A stretch of DNA of 60,470 nt, counting the filler, from Sphacelaria rigidula (Eukaryota): the NCBI GenBank assembly GCA_964200075.2. It is 6 parts of 6 records of this genome, joined end to end, with 100 filler letters (N's around TTAATTAATTAA, not from the genome) between each part and the next. Parts side by side here need not be neighbours in the genome. Positions count along the whole stretch, not along the records: positions 10,098 to 20,093 come from CAXNAA020007344.1; positions 20,194 to 30,188 come from CAXNAA020007345.1; 4 more parts are not named here. The stretch is one strand, 5' to 3'. The first letter of the stretch is position 1. Each line of letters begins with the position of its first letter. Below, piece after piece: positions 13,804 to 24,047 of this stretch. Under the pieces are notes generated by a model that was not told the DNA's origin, ran no database searches, and worked only from the letters and a program-made list of their open reading frames with translations. The position numbers were made by a program, and so were the translations under genes.

Positions 13804-14875
13804 CTAGCGCTGTTCCAGAGTTGTGTCAACGATGAATAATTTGGAGGCGCATCGAGACAAACGCACCTCGAGAATAAGCGAAAGGGGCATACTTCCGACG
13901 GTGATGAAAAATTTTACCAAGACAAACGAATACCCCCGTCCTTCCTCCCATCTTGACGAAGGCCTTTCGCGGGATGCCCGGTGTCCTGTTCTTGCGTGCT
14001 TGTAGGGCGTCACCGCTGGGTCCGAGCGTCGTGATGGTGGGGCTGCAGCGGAAAATACGTGGCCAATAGGCAGGGCGCAGGTGTGTATGTGGGACGCTGA
14101 TTCCACAGTCCATCCATGGTGCATTGGAACTAGTGTGTACGGATATGCTTGCTGCCGAATGCGATGAATCCCTAGCAAGGTCAAGTGCTGAATGTTGCAC
14201 AAGTGCTCTGAAGTTGTGCTCCTCCCGAAAGTCTCTAGAAAATGTATGCACCGTAATTGTCCGAACAGAAGCACTAGTTGGAAGAAGCATGGCCCATGAT
14301 GAGTACTGGCCGACGGGGAGTATCATAGCGAATCCGGGACAGCGGGGTTACCTGTGCCGAGGATGCTCCTGCTCTCCTTCCATATTCGTACCAAAAATCG
14401 TGCTTTCATGAGGTATACTCCATACCGGCCTGTACTGTAGTGACGTGCACGGTACTCGAGCAGCTCTCGTTCCCAGTAATCTACGTGTCAAAGCCCCCAG
14501 TTGATCTGGTGGCATTGCTACTTACTTATGCATAAAGTTTGAAGCTGTGGTGCCTACTGGCTCGTCGCTGTCTTCCCCCCCGCCCGCCATGTATGGTCTT
14601 CTCCCCGTCATATATGGTGAGATACCTATGAGGCAGTGTGTAACCGTTGTCCGTCTCTGGAAGTGGCGATACCAGAAAATGAAGCAACACTCATAGTAGC
14701 ATGCCATCCATATGCAAGATAATATGTACACTGCGGGCCGGACATCTTCAAGCAGGATACGGCTTATCGTTCATGCACTCACCGACCACATCACGGGGCT
14801 CCGCGCTTGTTGATTGCGAGCCTGGTCCGGCGGAAACCCGGCGTGCTCTGTCCTGGCTTTGTAGGAATGAGAGTT

Positions 14876-14953
14876 CAATGACCATATGACTACGGCATGC
14901 AAAACCATGAGTACCCCCCCCCCCCCCCCTCCCCGTCATCCCCCCCCCCCCCC
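14876..14953 (+). mobile_element. Short LINE 3'-end fragment with poly(C) tail
   Basis: CAATGACCATATGACTACGGCATGCAAAACCATGAGTAC followed by a C run. Matches the LINE terminus at about 9900-9936. Confidence 0.7.
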
Positions 14954-16238
14954 TCGTTTCCCCCTTAGAAGACAAGTCAGAGGCCTCAACAGATTAACCG
15001 GTATCTGCCTGGCGGTTTGTGTTGTAAATTGAATCAACCATCCCGCACTGCATCGACTACACATGTCATCGAATATTTTATGCTACTTGCGTCCTCACAG
15101 TCGATATGGACATGATCAGATTGTGCTGCTCAAGTGTCCGCGGTATCTGGCGGAAGTCGAATCCTCAACATCCGTCGTTATCGGCTTTATTTGTGTACCA
15201 ATTAAATCGTCGGGGCGCGGTGGATACAGTTGGTCTGAGTATTAGCTTGGTTGATTAAAACGAGAATTAACTCAATGCAAAAGGAAGAAAGAATCGTCGA
15301 TTGTCTAACAGTACCGATATATACTACTCTTATTCATTATATTTGTCCGCATTCCGCGTCTCTGGACGCAGGTGCAACAATCACGGGGCCTAAGAGCGCA
15401 CCATTCCTCCGAAGTCCGACGCACCAGCGGCCAGTATTTGATTCTTCCGTTTCTCTGTGATCAACAGCGTTTCCAGCTTCTTCTTGGAAATTTGCGCTTT
15501 CGTCGGTTTATTTATTCAAAATTTCACAATTTTTCGCGACTTCGCCACCACTGGCTACTCTACCCCTCTTCAGGAATTTCACAATTTTTTCGGTCACTTC
15601 GACCATTGACAGCTCTACCTCTCCCGGATTATGATACCCTTTTCTCTTGCCGCTTCGGCACCACCTCACCAGTGACTTCGCCAGCCGTTTGCGCGAAGTT
15701 TACTCTAGAACCAGTGACGTTTCCAGCCGTTTGACCCCCTTTCGCGCCCAGTGACGCTCCCGAACCTTTGACTACCGTTTCGCGATGAATAATTATTTCG
15801 TTTCTCTGTGACCACTACAGGTTTTTCTTCCGTTTCCTTTCTACGGACTTGGAAGTAATTTTTTCATTTTGTCATCAGCCCATTTCGAGTCTCCTCCCCG
15901 GCCGTCCGCACCTCTCTCGCTGTTGGCGACACCTACTTCTCTACTTCTCCACCCCTACCCAACTTGCCTCCTTTCTGCAGCAGTTTGTTTTGTTGGAGCT
16001 CCCCGCGTGCCGCGCCTGGCGCGAAGGTGCGCCGTACACCCTAGGGTAGTGTATATAGATACATTTCGCTATGACTGCGACCTTCTTCTCGCTGAGCGGT
16101 GCGGTGTCAGTCGCACTATCATCACGTACTTGAATATCGCCGCGAGTAAATATGCCTTGCCTGAGATCGCTCCGGTCGAGCGCTCAAACGCAGGCCTTGA
16201 TATCTTGAAAACGATGTCGATTTCACAAATTAGGTTTT

Positions 16239-17290
16239 TGATGCCGTCAGCAAATGGACACTTGCGGCGGTCCAAGGCTTTACTTTGTTATCAGCCCCTT
16301 TCTTCACAATATCCGCGTCTTCTATTGACTGACCCAACTGCACTTCAACACTAACCCAGTCGAATCCCGAGAAAGGTAGACCTCGAACNNNNNNNNNNCT
16401 CGGGCAGCGATGGTGCTCTATCGCTCCGTGGCCAGAGAGTGCTTCGTCCGACGGCGTAGATAGAAACCCTTCGACCCAGTTAAAGTGTTCATTCAGTGGT
16501 AGAATCGGCATCATTTTCAGGCCCTTTTCGAGTAAAAATGATGCCGATTCCACAAGTGAACACCTCCGACGCTTTGATGAAAATGATGCCGATTTCACTA
16601 ATTAATTAATTGATGCCGTCAACAAATGGACACCTCCGGCGGTACAAGGCTTTATCCTCAATATTTACAGTCTGACCCAAATGCACTTCAACACTAACCC
16701 CAGTCGTACCCCGAGAAAGGTAGACCTCGAACACTCGGGCAGCAAGGGTGTTTGCTCTATCGCTCCGTAGCCAGAGAGTGCTTTGTTCTACGGCGTAAAG
16801 AGAAACCTTCGACCCAGTGGAGGTGTTCATTTATTTGTGGAGTCGGCATCATTTTCAGGCCCTTTTCGAGTAAAAATGATGCCGATTCCACAAGTGAACA
16901 CCTCCGACGCTTTGATGAAAATTATGCCGATTTCACTAATTAATTAACTGATGCCGTCAACAAATGGACACCTCCGGCGGTACAAGGCTTTATCCTCAAT
17001 ACTTACAATCCGACCCAAATGCACTTCAACACTAACCCCAGTCGTACCCCGAGAAAGGCAGACCTCGAACACTCGGGCAGCAAGGAGGGTGTTTGCTCTA
17101 TCGCTCCGTAGCTAGAGAGTGCTTTGTTCTACGGCGTAAAATGAAACCTTCGACCCAGTGGAGGTGTTCATTTATTTGTGGAGTCGGCATCATTTTCAGG
17201 CCCTTTTCGAGTGAAATGATGCCGATTCCGCACATGAACACCTGCGGCGCTAGAGGGATTTACCGGAAGACCGCGATCTATTGAGTCGGC
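16239..17290. repeat. Tandem repeat, about 3 copies of a ~340-bp unit
   Basis: TGATGCCGTCA(A/G)CAAATGGACAC at 16239, 16611 and 16949 (last period 338 bp). Rich in GATGCCGAT/TCGGCATC motifs. Confidence 0.9.
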
Positions 17291-17624
17291 ATCATTTTTA
17301 CTCGAAAAAAGAGTGCATAATCCAGCTGGGCTACCATCACGTTGTGGGAGTTAACCTTAGACCGCGAGGGTCAACCCTCAGCGACCCCGCAGGCGAACTG
17401 AGATGGACTATGCCACATCTGGGGTTCAGAACAGCTCTTTTCTCGTCACACAAAAACGCATTTTCTCATGATCACGTGGATGCTGGGCATCTATATAGAA
17501 AATAGTTCCGGGGAACTCTTGACTCGTTTTGACCGTGTAGTCAATAGCGTACACAGTCAGTATGCGTGCGGTATGTCTCCGCTGGATGCAACCGCAAGTA
17601 TGAGTCAGCGTGCCATTGCCTTCC

Positions 17625-17882
17625 ACCGGGTCGTGGGTTCAAATCTCGAAGCGATCTCGATTTTTTTCTCACACAATGCCCAATAGTGGAGAGAGACGAT
17701 GTCGTGGGTACACAAAACTCGACTTGAGGATCGACGAGGGAACGGGACTGCTGAACCCCTCTCGCCATGAAAAATAAAAGGAAGGTGGAGAACCAGCACA
17801 AATAAAGAAGAAATACCTCCTGTGTTGTCCTTTCTCCTGTGTGACACACACACACACGCACACAGTGTCGATGCTGGGGTAG
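17625..17882 (+). mobile_element. tRNA-derived-type SINE with (CA)n tail
   Basis: B-box-like GGTTCAAATC at about 17636. Body TGGAGAG.GAC.ATGTCGTGGGTACAC is shared with 31933-32198 and 33858-34148. Ends in CA repeats. Confidence 0.7.
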
Positions 17883-17889
17883 TCCTTGA

Positions 17890-18675
17890 CCCTTACATGG
17901 CGAGAATAGGTCATCTGTTGAATCGGCATCAATGTCACTTGAAATAAGAATTATGCATGATCCAGATGGACTACCCTTCAACCGCGAGAATAGGTCACCA
18001 GCTGAATCGGCATCAGTATTCACTTAAAAAAAGCATGCATGATGCAGATGGACTACCTGCACCGCGATCCTTTGACCGCGCGGGTAGGTCACCTGCTGAA
18101 TCGGCATCACTTGAAAAAGTATGCGTGATCCAGGTGGACTCCCGCATCGCGGTCCAAGGGTTAACCCTTAGACCGCGAGATTAGTCTTTCTGGATCATGC
18201 ATACTTTTTTTTCACTTGAAGTTGATGCCGATTCAACAGAAGACTAACCGCGCGGTCTAAGGGTAACCCTTAGACCGCGGTGTGGGTAGTCCCTCCGGAT
18301 CATGCATACTTTTTTCAAGTGATGCCGATTCAGCAGGTGACCTACCCTCGCGGTCTCAGGGTTGGCCCTTAGAGGGCAAGAGTAGGTCACAATTTGAATC
18401 GGCATCAATTCCACTTGAAAACGTATGCGTGATCCAGATGGACTATCCTCCTCGCGGTCTGAGGGTCAACCCTTTTGGGACCGTCTACCTCACAACAATC
18501 GTGTGTTAGCGGCAGGTAGCAATGGTTTCGTGGGATTGAGAGTAGGGCGTTGATTGCGGTCCAAGGCAAGAGTATAGGTCACCTGTTGAATCGGCATTGA
18601 TTCCAATTGAAAAAGTAAGCGGATCCAGATGAACTACCTTCCTTGCGGTCTAAGGGTTAATCCTTTTGGGACCTT
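17890..18675. mobile_element. Array of ~100-bp piggyBac-like MITEs
   Basis: Units bounded by CCCTTAGACCGCG...CGCGGTCTAAGGG (e.g. 18165-18263, 18267-18361, 18366-18465), joined by TTAA/TAA/TTGG/TCAA. Confidence 0.75.
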
Positions 18676-18869
18676 CTACCTCACAATCGTGTGTTAGCGG
18701 CAGGTAGCAATGGTTTCGTGAGATTGAGAGTAGGGCGTTGATAGAGAGTGGGTTCTATCATTTGCTTCAAGTCTGCCAATTATTCATTCCACGTTTCTTT
18801 TGTTTGCCTACATCACTGGCGTGTGCTTACAGCTACACGTCGATATCCCACTGAGGAATATCAAGGGTT

Positions 18870-19035
18870 TCAGACCATCGCTGCTCTTTTTTTTTTTTCC
18901 TTTCTGAGGTCGTTGCTTTGTCTTTTTCTGTTCCTCCCCTTCTTTTTTCTTTCATCACTCTGGGGTTTTTTTGCTGCTCCTGACCACGGGCTGGATTGTT
19001 GCAATCAGCTAATCTAATGTGAGATAATCAATCAA

Positions 19036-19068
<33 letters not shown>
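18870..19068 (+). mobile_element. (AATC)n-tailed retroposon 3' end followed by an (AT)n microsatellite
   Basis: CCACGGGCTGGA...GTGAGATAATCAATCAA, then about 15 AT units. Confidence 0.55.
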
Positions 19069-19071
<3 letters not shown>

Positions 19072-19340
19072 TTATGGCGGTCACCAATGTCAATTTGTTT
19101 CACATCGGGGGAAACAAATCGGGGAGCGCATTTCATGGACCAAATCGGGGGCCCGAAAATATCGGGGTGTTGCCATCTCAAAACGATTTCTCCCGATTTG
19201 TTCTTCAAAGATCGGGAGATCAGTCCGAGATCGTGACTCCCCCCGATTTTGAGGAGATGGCGTACGTGCATTGACGTACAATGGTAGGGTAGGAGACGTT
19301 TGATACTTTCGCAATCCCAGCAGAAGCCAGCCTCAACAAT

Positions 19341-19629
19341 GATTTCGTGAGATTGAGAGTAAAGGATACGAGTGAGAGTGCGAAAAGCGGTCGATTAGTG
19401 AATGGATCGTTTCAGTTCCGAAATGCCCCTCCACGAGGTCCAATCTGTTTCTGTGGTAGCTTGCCACTGAGACCTTTGATATCCCTGAGTAGGATATCGA
19501 TATGTATCTGTAAGCACACGCCAATGATGGAGGCAAAGAGAAGCACACACGGAATGAAAGAATGTGTAAGTTACAGCGAATAATCAAAGTCACTCTCAAT
19601 CAGCGCTCTACTCTCAATCTCAGGAAAAC
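19341..19629. mobile_element. MITE with TGAGATTGAGAGTA terminal inverted repeats (TIRs)
   Basis: TIRs at both ends. A copy in the opposite orientation lies at 38148-38434, with partial copies at about 18525 and 18715. Confidence 0.75.
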
Positions 19630-20093
19630 GGTGTTTCTCGTTGCAGCGCAGGGCGTGCCTGCCCGCGCCAGCTGCTGAAGCAGCTTCGCACGGGGTTTGA
19701 CAAACGGATAATGAGTGCTGACGCCGTACCCTGCGGCGATGGTAATATTTGATGCTGCGCTGCGCTGCCACATGTATCACTACTATAACAAACGGTACTG
19801 TACTCTCCTCGTCTGTTGTCGCTGTACTTGAGGGGTGGTGTATGGCACTGCACTGCTGAACTCTTCTCGCGCGCTGACTGTTCCCTTTTCTCGCGATACC
19901 GACGGTGCCGTCATCATGCACTATACCACACGGCATGATTGTGCACAGTATTTAATGGGGTGTCATGCATTGTATTACCCTAGGGAACCAAGGTACGGCA
20001 CTGTACTCGAAGGATTATTCTGTTGGAATAATTCGTGGTCGTGGCACTGTCCTTACGACAGACCTACTACTGTTCAGCGAACAGTAGTGTACA

Positions 20094-20193
20094 NNNNNNN
20101 NNNNNNNNNNNNNNNNNNNNNNNNNNNNNNNNNNNNNTTAATTAATTAANNNNNNNNNNNNNNNNNNNNNNNNNNNNNNNNNNNNNNNNNNNN
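20094..20193. other. Artificial contig linker
   Basis: N44-TTAATTAATTAA-N44. Confidence 0.98.
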
Positions 20194-20869
20194 AGATGGC
20201 TTCGCTAGGTCGCTAGTGTTTCGCGTCTTTCCTGCAAAAGGGAAATGCAACTTCAACCCCATATTATGTATCAACCCCATTTTCTAGGATATACTGTTAA
20301 TACTCGAGTATAAAGTGCCCCTTGGGTATGGTGAGTACCTCTGACAGTCAGCGACTTCGTGACGTCACTTCACAGACTACGTTGAATGCATGGGCGAACG
20401 ATGACTAACAGTTAGATGGGCGGCGTTACATCACAGCCAACAAGAGGTATGAGCGAATGATGGCCATAAAAGGAAAAGCGTGGAGGTGGACGAACCTACC
20501 TGCCCCAGCGCCCCATGTCACCAGCCCCCACCCACAGCAGTTCATACTCGATACCTCGCAACGCCTTCGATATCACTTTCAGTACAGAGCGCTACCCATC
20601 ATCATCGAGTACCCGAGTAGACGAGGAGTCGAGTAGGTGTTATCAAAATGAGCGACTCTGCTGGCCACAGATGTGACTCCTCCATGCGGAAGAGTCAACG
20701 GTGGAAGCAGTGCAAGACTGTTTGACAAGACAGTTTGACCTTGAATCAAGACTCATCACGGGTGGGCAACTCTAGGAATACCTCGGTATTTCCTCTACCC
20801 GAGTTTGAGTGTCTTGCGTAGGAACTTGAATATCGAGGTTGAAGTTATAGGTTTTCGGTACGGGATCCG

Positions 20870-21425
20870 ACCTCAGATACTCTACTCAAAATTTGAGTAG
20901 GTCGAGTTCGGCCTCCAATATGCTACTCAAATTTTGAGTATAGGTCGAGTACGGCCTCAAATACTCTACTCGAATTTTGGGTATGTTGAGTACGGCCTCA
21001 ATTACTCTACTCAAATTTTGAGTAGATCGAGAACGACCTCGAATACTATAGCCAAATATTGAGTAAGCACTCTCAGTAACACTTGAGAATAGAGTATCAC
21101 TTCAGTATGGCTTCAGTTCTCCGGTCAAATTTCGAGTAGGTCGAGTACGACCTCAAATACTCTACTCAGATTTCGGGTAGATCGATTATGACCTCAAATA
21201 CTCTACTCAAATATTGAGTGAGCACTCTCAGTGATACTTGAGAATAGAGTATCACTTGAGTATGACCTCAATACTCGACTCAAATTTCGAGTAGACTGAG
21301 TACGATCGAAAATACTCTACTCGAATAATAGAGTAGGTTGAGCACGACCTTAAATACTCTACTCAAACTTCGAGTACTAAATATGACTCTTCAAAAATAC
21401 TGAGTATTAAGTATACTCTACTCGA
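20870..21425. repeat. Minisatellite of ~41-bp units, each with an internal palindrome
   Basis: Approximate unit TACTCTACTCAAATTTTGAGTAGGTCGAGTACGGCCTCAAA. The core TACTCAAA-T-TTTGAGTA is self-complementary. Confidence 0.8.
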
Positions 21426-21435
21426 CCTCCCCTTG

Positions 21436-21720
21436 CAATGATATCATCCAAAGCCACAAGTGGCGGGCGGCCCGCCGGTCGCCGCATCCTGTTGGAAGCT
21501 CTCTACCGCGACCCATACTACTTGCTACATCAGATGTACACTACCTAATGCGCACCCTGCTCCTGAAAATAGAATGGATGAAACTTTTGGTCTTCATTAT
21601 AACCCTGCGGTTACATACGCGAATTTTCAGTAACACGTCACTGTTACGTGCAGACGCCAGACACGTCATTCCTAACCAGCCTCATTGGTCGTTCTGGAGG
21701 CCCGGTCCCAAAAGGGTTAA
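21436..21720 (-). mobile_element. Partial piggyBac-like non-autonomous element (one end)
   Basis: Reverse complement of 23178-23397 joined to 27769-27835. Ends CGGTCCCAAAAGGG followed by TTAA. Confidence 0.75.
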
Positions 21721-21801
21721 TAGGGCGAGCACTCGAGTCATTGCTCGTTGTGGAAACAAATTAACACGGCGAGCACTCGAGTCATTGCTCATCGTGGAAA
21801 C

Positions 21802-23156
21802 TAGGATTTTACTTATTGTGCTAGCATAATTTCTGGCATAATTCCACCTTGGTAGCATAAATAGCATAGCCTTTCAGCAAGTAGCATAAATAGCACAGCG
21901 TTTCAGCAAATAGCACAATCGAGCACAATTTCCACATCAGGAACATAATAGAGTATAATTTTTCACCGTTGGGGTGGGATTACGGGTCTAAATGCTTGCC
22001 TGCTGTGATATTTTGGGCAAACAACTCTGATATCGTCAACCACGGGTCTGAGATATGTGTATGCTCTGGAACTAGTCATTCAAACTGCCAGTCTGATCGA
22101 TCGCAGGTCTGAAAACCGTTTTTTTTATGAAAGCGCACAACACAAAACATGAACACCTACAATGTAGTGAACAATCTGTAGTCTGTAGTTCATGGCGTAC
22201 AGCGCACAGCACGCAGCAGATCTTAGCTTCCCATTTTTTTGTGTGTTTCGGTTTTTTACTTTCTCTGGCTACTTCATTTTTCTTGTCTACTCTAGTATTT
22301 TTCCCAATTTCTACCCCTATGTGTGTTTATTTTTTTTCACCTTGTTTCTTAGGTCACACCCATCTCACGACCTCCGCTGGATTCGAAGCGGCATCGGCTC
22401 ATGCGAAACAATCAATCTAACAGTCACTCATCAAGTAAATGTCAGTTTTTCGTTTTTCGTTGTCCTTGGACACGAGTTCCTCGACATGGGACAGGAAACG
22501 AGTGAATGCATCATGTGATTTCGTGACTTGTCATTTTGAGTGTGGTGACGAGATGCGTAGAACGTACACTCATTGTGCCAAATTGTGATGGATATTCGAA
22601 TCAGAAGGTTGCCTGCCATATGTCTTGTCTATACGGCAGGTGGGGGGCGGCATATAGCACAACATGTAGTACAGAGAGTACGCGATCATATATAATGATG
22701 AATCGTGTACGACAACAGGAAAATACGGTATTCAATCGAACTATTGCAGGTAGGTAGAAGTACTTCGTATATATAAAACATGTCTTTACAGGAGTATGCC
22801 CTTTTTTGTGTAGATGTTTTGTTTGCCTTCCTCAGCAGGAAGCTTGATTATGGGCATGGGTGGTACGCTCCTTGCACTCTGTGACCACGGGTTCAAGAGA
22901 TCGAGCTAACGTGGCGAACATGATAATAGGAACAATAGATAGTGATCGGTCGGTCTGTATCCGGTCGAAAATGGCATCCTTGTTGGATATTACGAGCATG
23001 ATCAAGCATAATTTCCACGTTGCGACCATGAATCGAGCATAGTTTTCTTTTAATGCGAGCATATTATCGAACATAAATTCCATTTTACGAGCATAATTTT
23101 TGGTGAGATTACTAGCATAAAAAAATGTCATTACTAGCATAATAAGTAAAAGCCTA
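21802..23156. mobile_element. Non-autonomous TIR element, hAT-like
   Basis: 23-bp TIR TAGGATTTTACTTATTGTGCTAG versus reverse complement TAGGCTTTTACTTATTATGCTAG (2 mismatches). Subterminal AGCATAA repeats. Possible 8-bp TSD GTGGAAAC/GTGGGAAC, offset by 6 nt on the right. Confidence 0.7.
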
Positions 23157-23397
23157 AATTTAGTGGGAACGTATCAACCCCTTTGCGACCGGGCCTCCAG
23201 AACGACCAATGAGACTGGTGATGAATGACATGTCTGGCGTCTGCACGAAACATTGGCATGTTGCTGAAAATCCGCGTATGTAAGCCCAGGGTTATGAGGA
23301 AGACCGAAAGTTCCATCCAATCTATTTTCAGGTGCAAGGGTGCGCATTAGGTAATTTACATCCGATGTAGCGAGCACTATGTGTCGCCGTAGATAAC

Positions 23398-23655
23398 TGT
23401 AGCCAAATGATACCAAGCCGTAGGTTGCAGTATGATCGCATGCATGGTCGGAGTAACGGCAGGGGACAGGGGATCCTGGGTTGATGACCCTTTCCTGTGC
23501 GACCCCTTGCTGTCTGGCTCGTGATGTGATATGTTGAGGATCACTCCGTGATAATAAAAAGTTAGAAGAAAGGACTTGTCGAGCACGAGGCCAGTGCTAC
23601 TGGAGGAGTCCCTCGTTGATTGTCCTCTTGTCCAGATCGTCTGGCAGAGGCTACA
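23398..23655 (+). repeat. Gypsy 5' LTR
   Basis: TGTAGCC...GGCTACA with 7-bp inverted termini. About 27 substitutions versus the 3' LTR by manual count. Confidence 0.95.
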
Positions 23656-24047
23656 ATATCTAGATATTCTTCTCGGCACTCTGTTGGAGGAGTTTGGCTC
23701 ACGAAATGGGCCGCAGCTGGAAGCCAGCTTGCCTACAGTCGAAGAGACCAACTTGAAGCACAAATCAGTGAGGGACGTTCCGTGGGCGGGAGGACGCGTA
23801 AATCAGGCAAGAGTCTCTCCGTGAAGTGTTTGAATTCTAGACGACATAGCTCAAGCGGCGGCAGCGCCGCTGGTGTTAGGTGAACCACTAGAACCGCCAA
23901 AGTATGGCGAAGTGTGGACTGAGAGAGTCTCAATAGTGTTTGGGGTCAAATATCTTGACTATTTCGAGAGGTTGCATTCTGCCAACGCACAAGGAGTAAG
24001 TTAGAAGTGTACTAACGTATTTCGACGGCTGGAAAAAGAACCCGACG

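Noticed and set aside
15302-16063. Solo LTR (TG...CA)
   Set aside because: No TSD and no second copy in the window.
16599-16610. TAATTAATTAAT as another assembly linker
   Set aside because: It is not flanked by Ns and recurs in the next tandem unit (about 16937), so it is native sequence.
20870-21425. Palindromic repeat array as a CRISPR
   Set aside because: There are no unique spacers, the units are degenerate tandem copies, no cas genes are present and the context is eukaryotic.
22360-22400. tRNA gene
   Set aside because: Only a B-box-like fragment is present and no cloverleaf forms. It is probably a SINE remnant.
23390-23397. TSD for the Gypsy insertion
   Set aside because: The flanks TAAC and GAGC match at only 2 of 4 positions, so no TSD is claimed.
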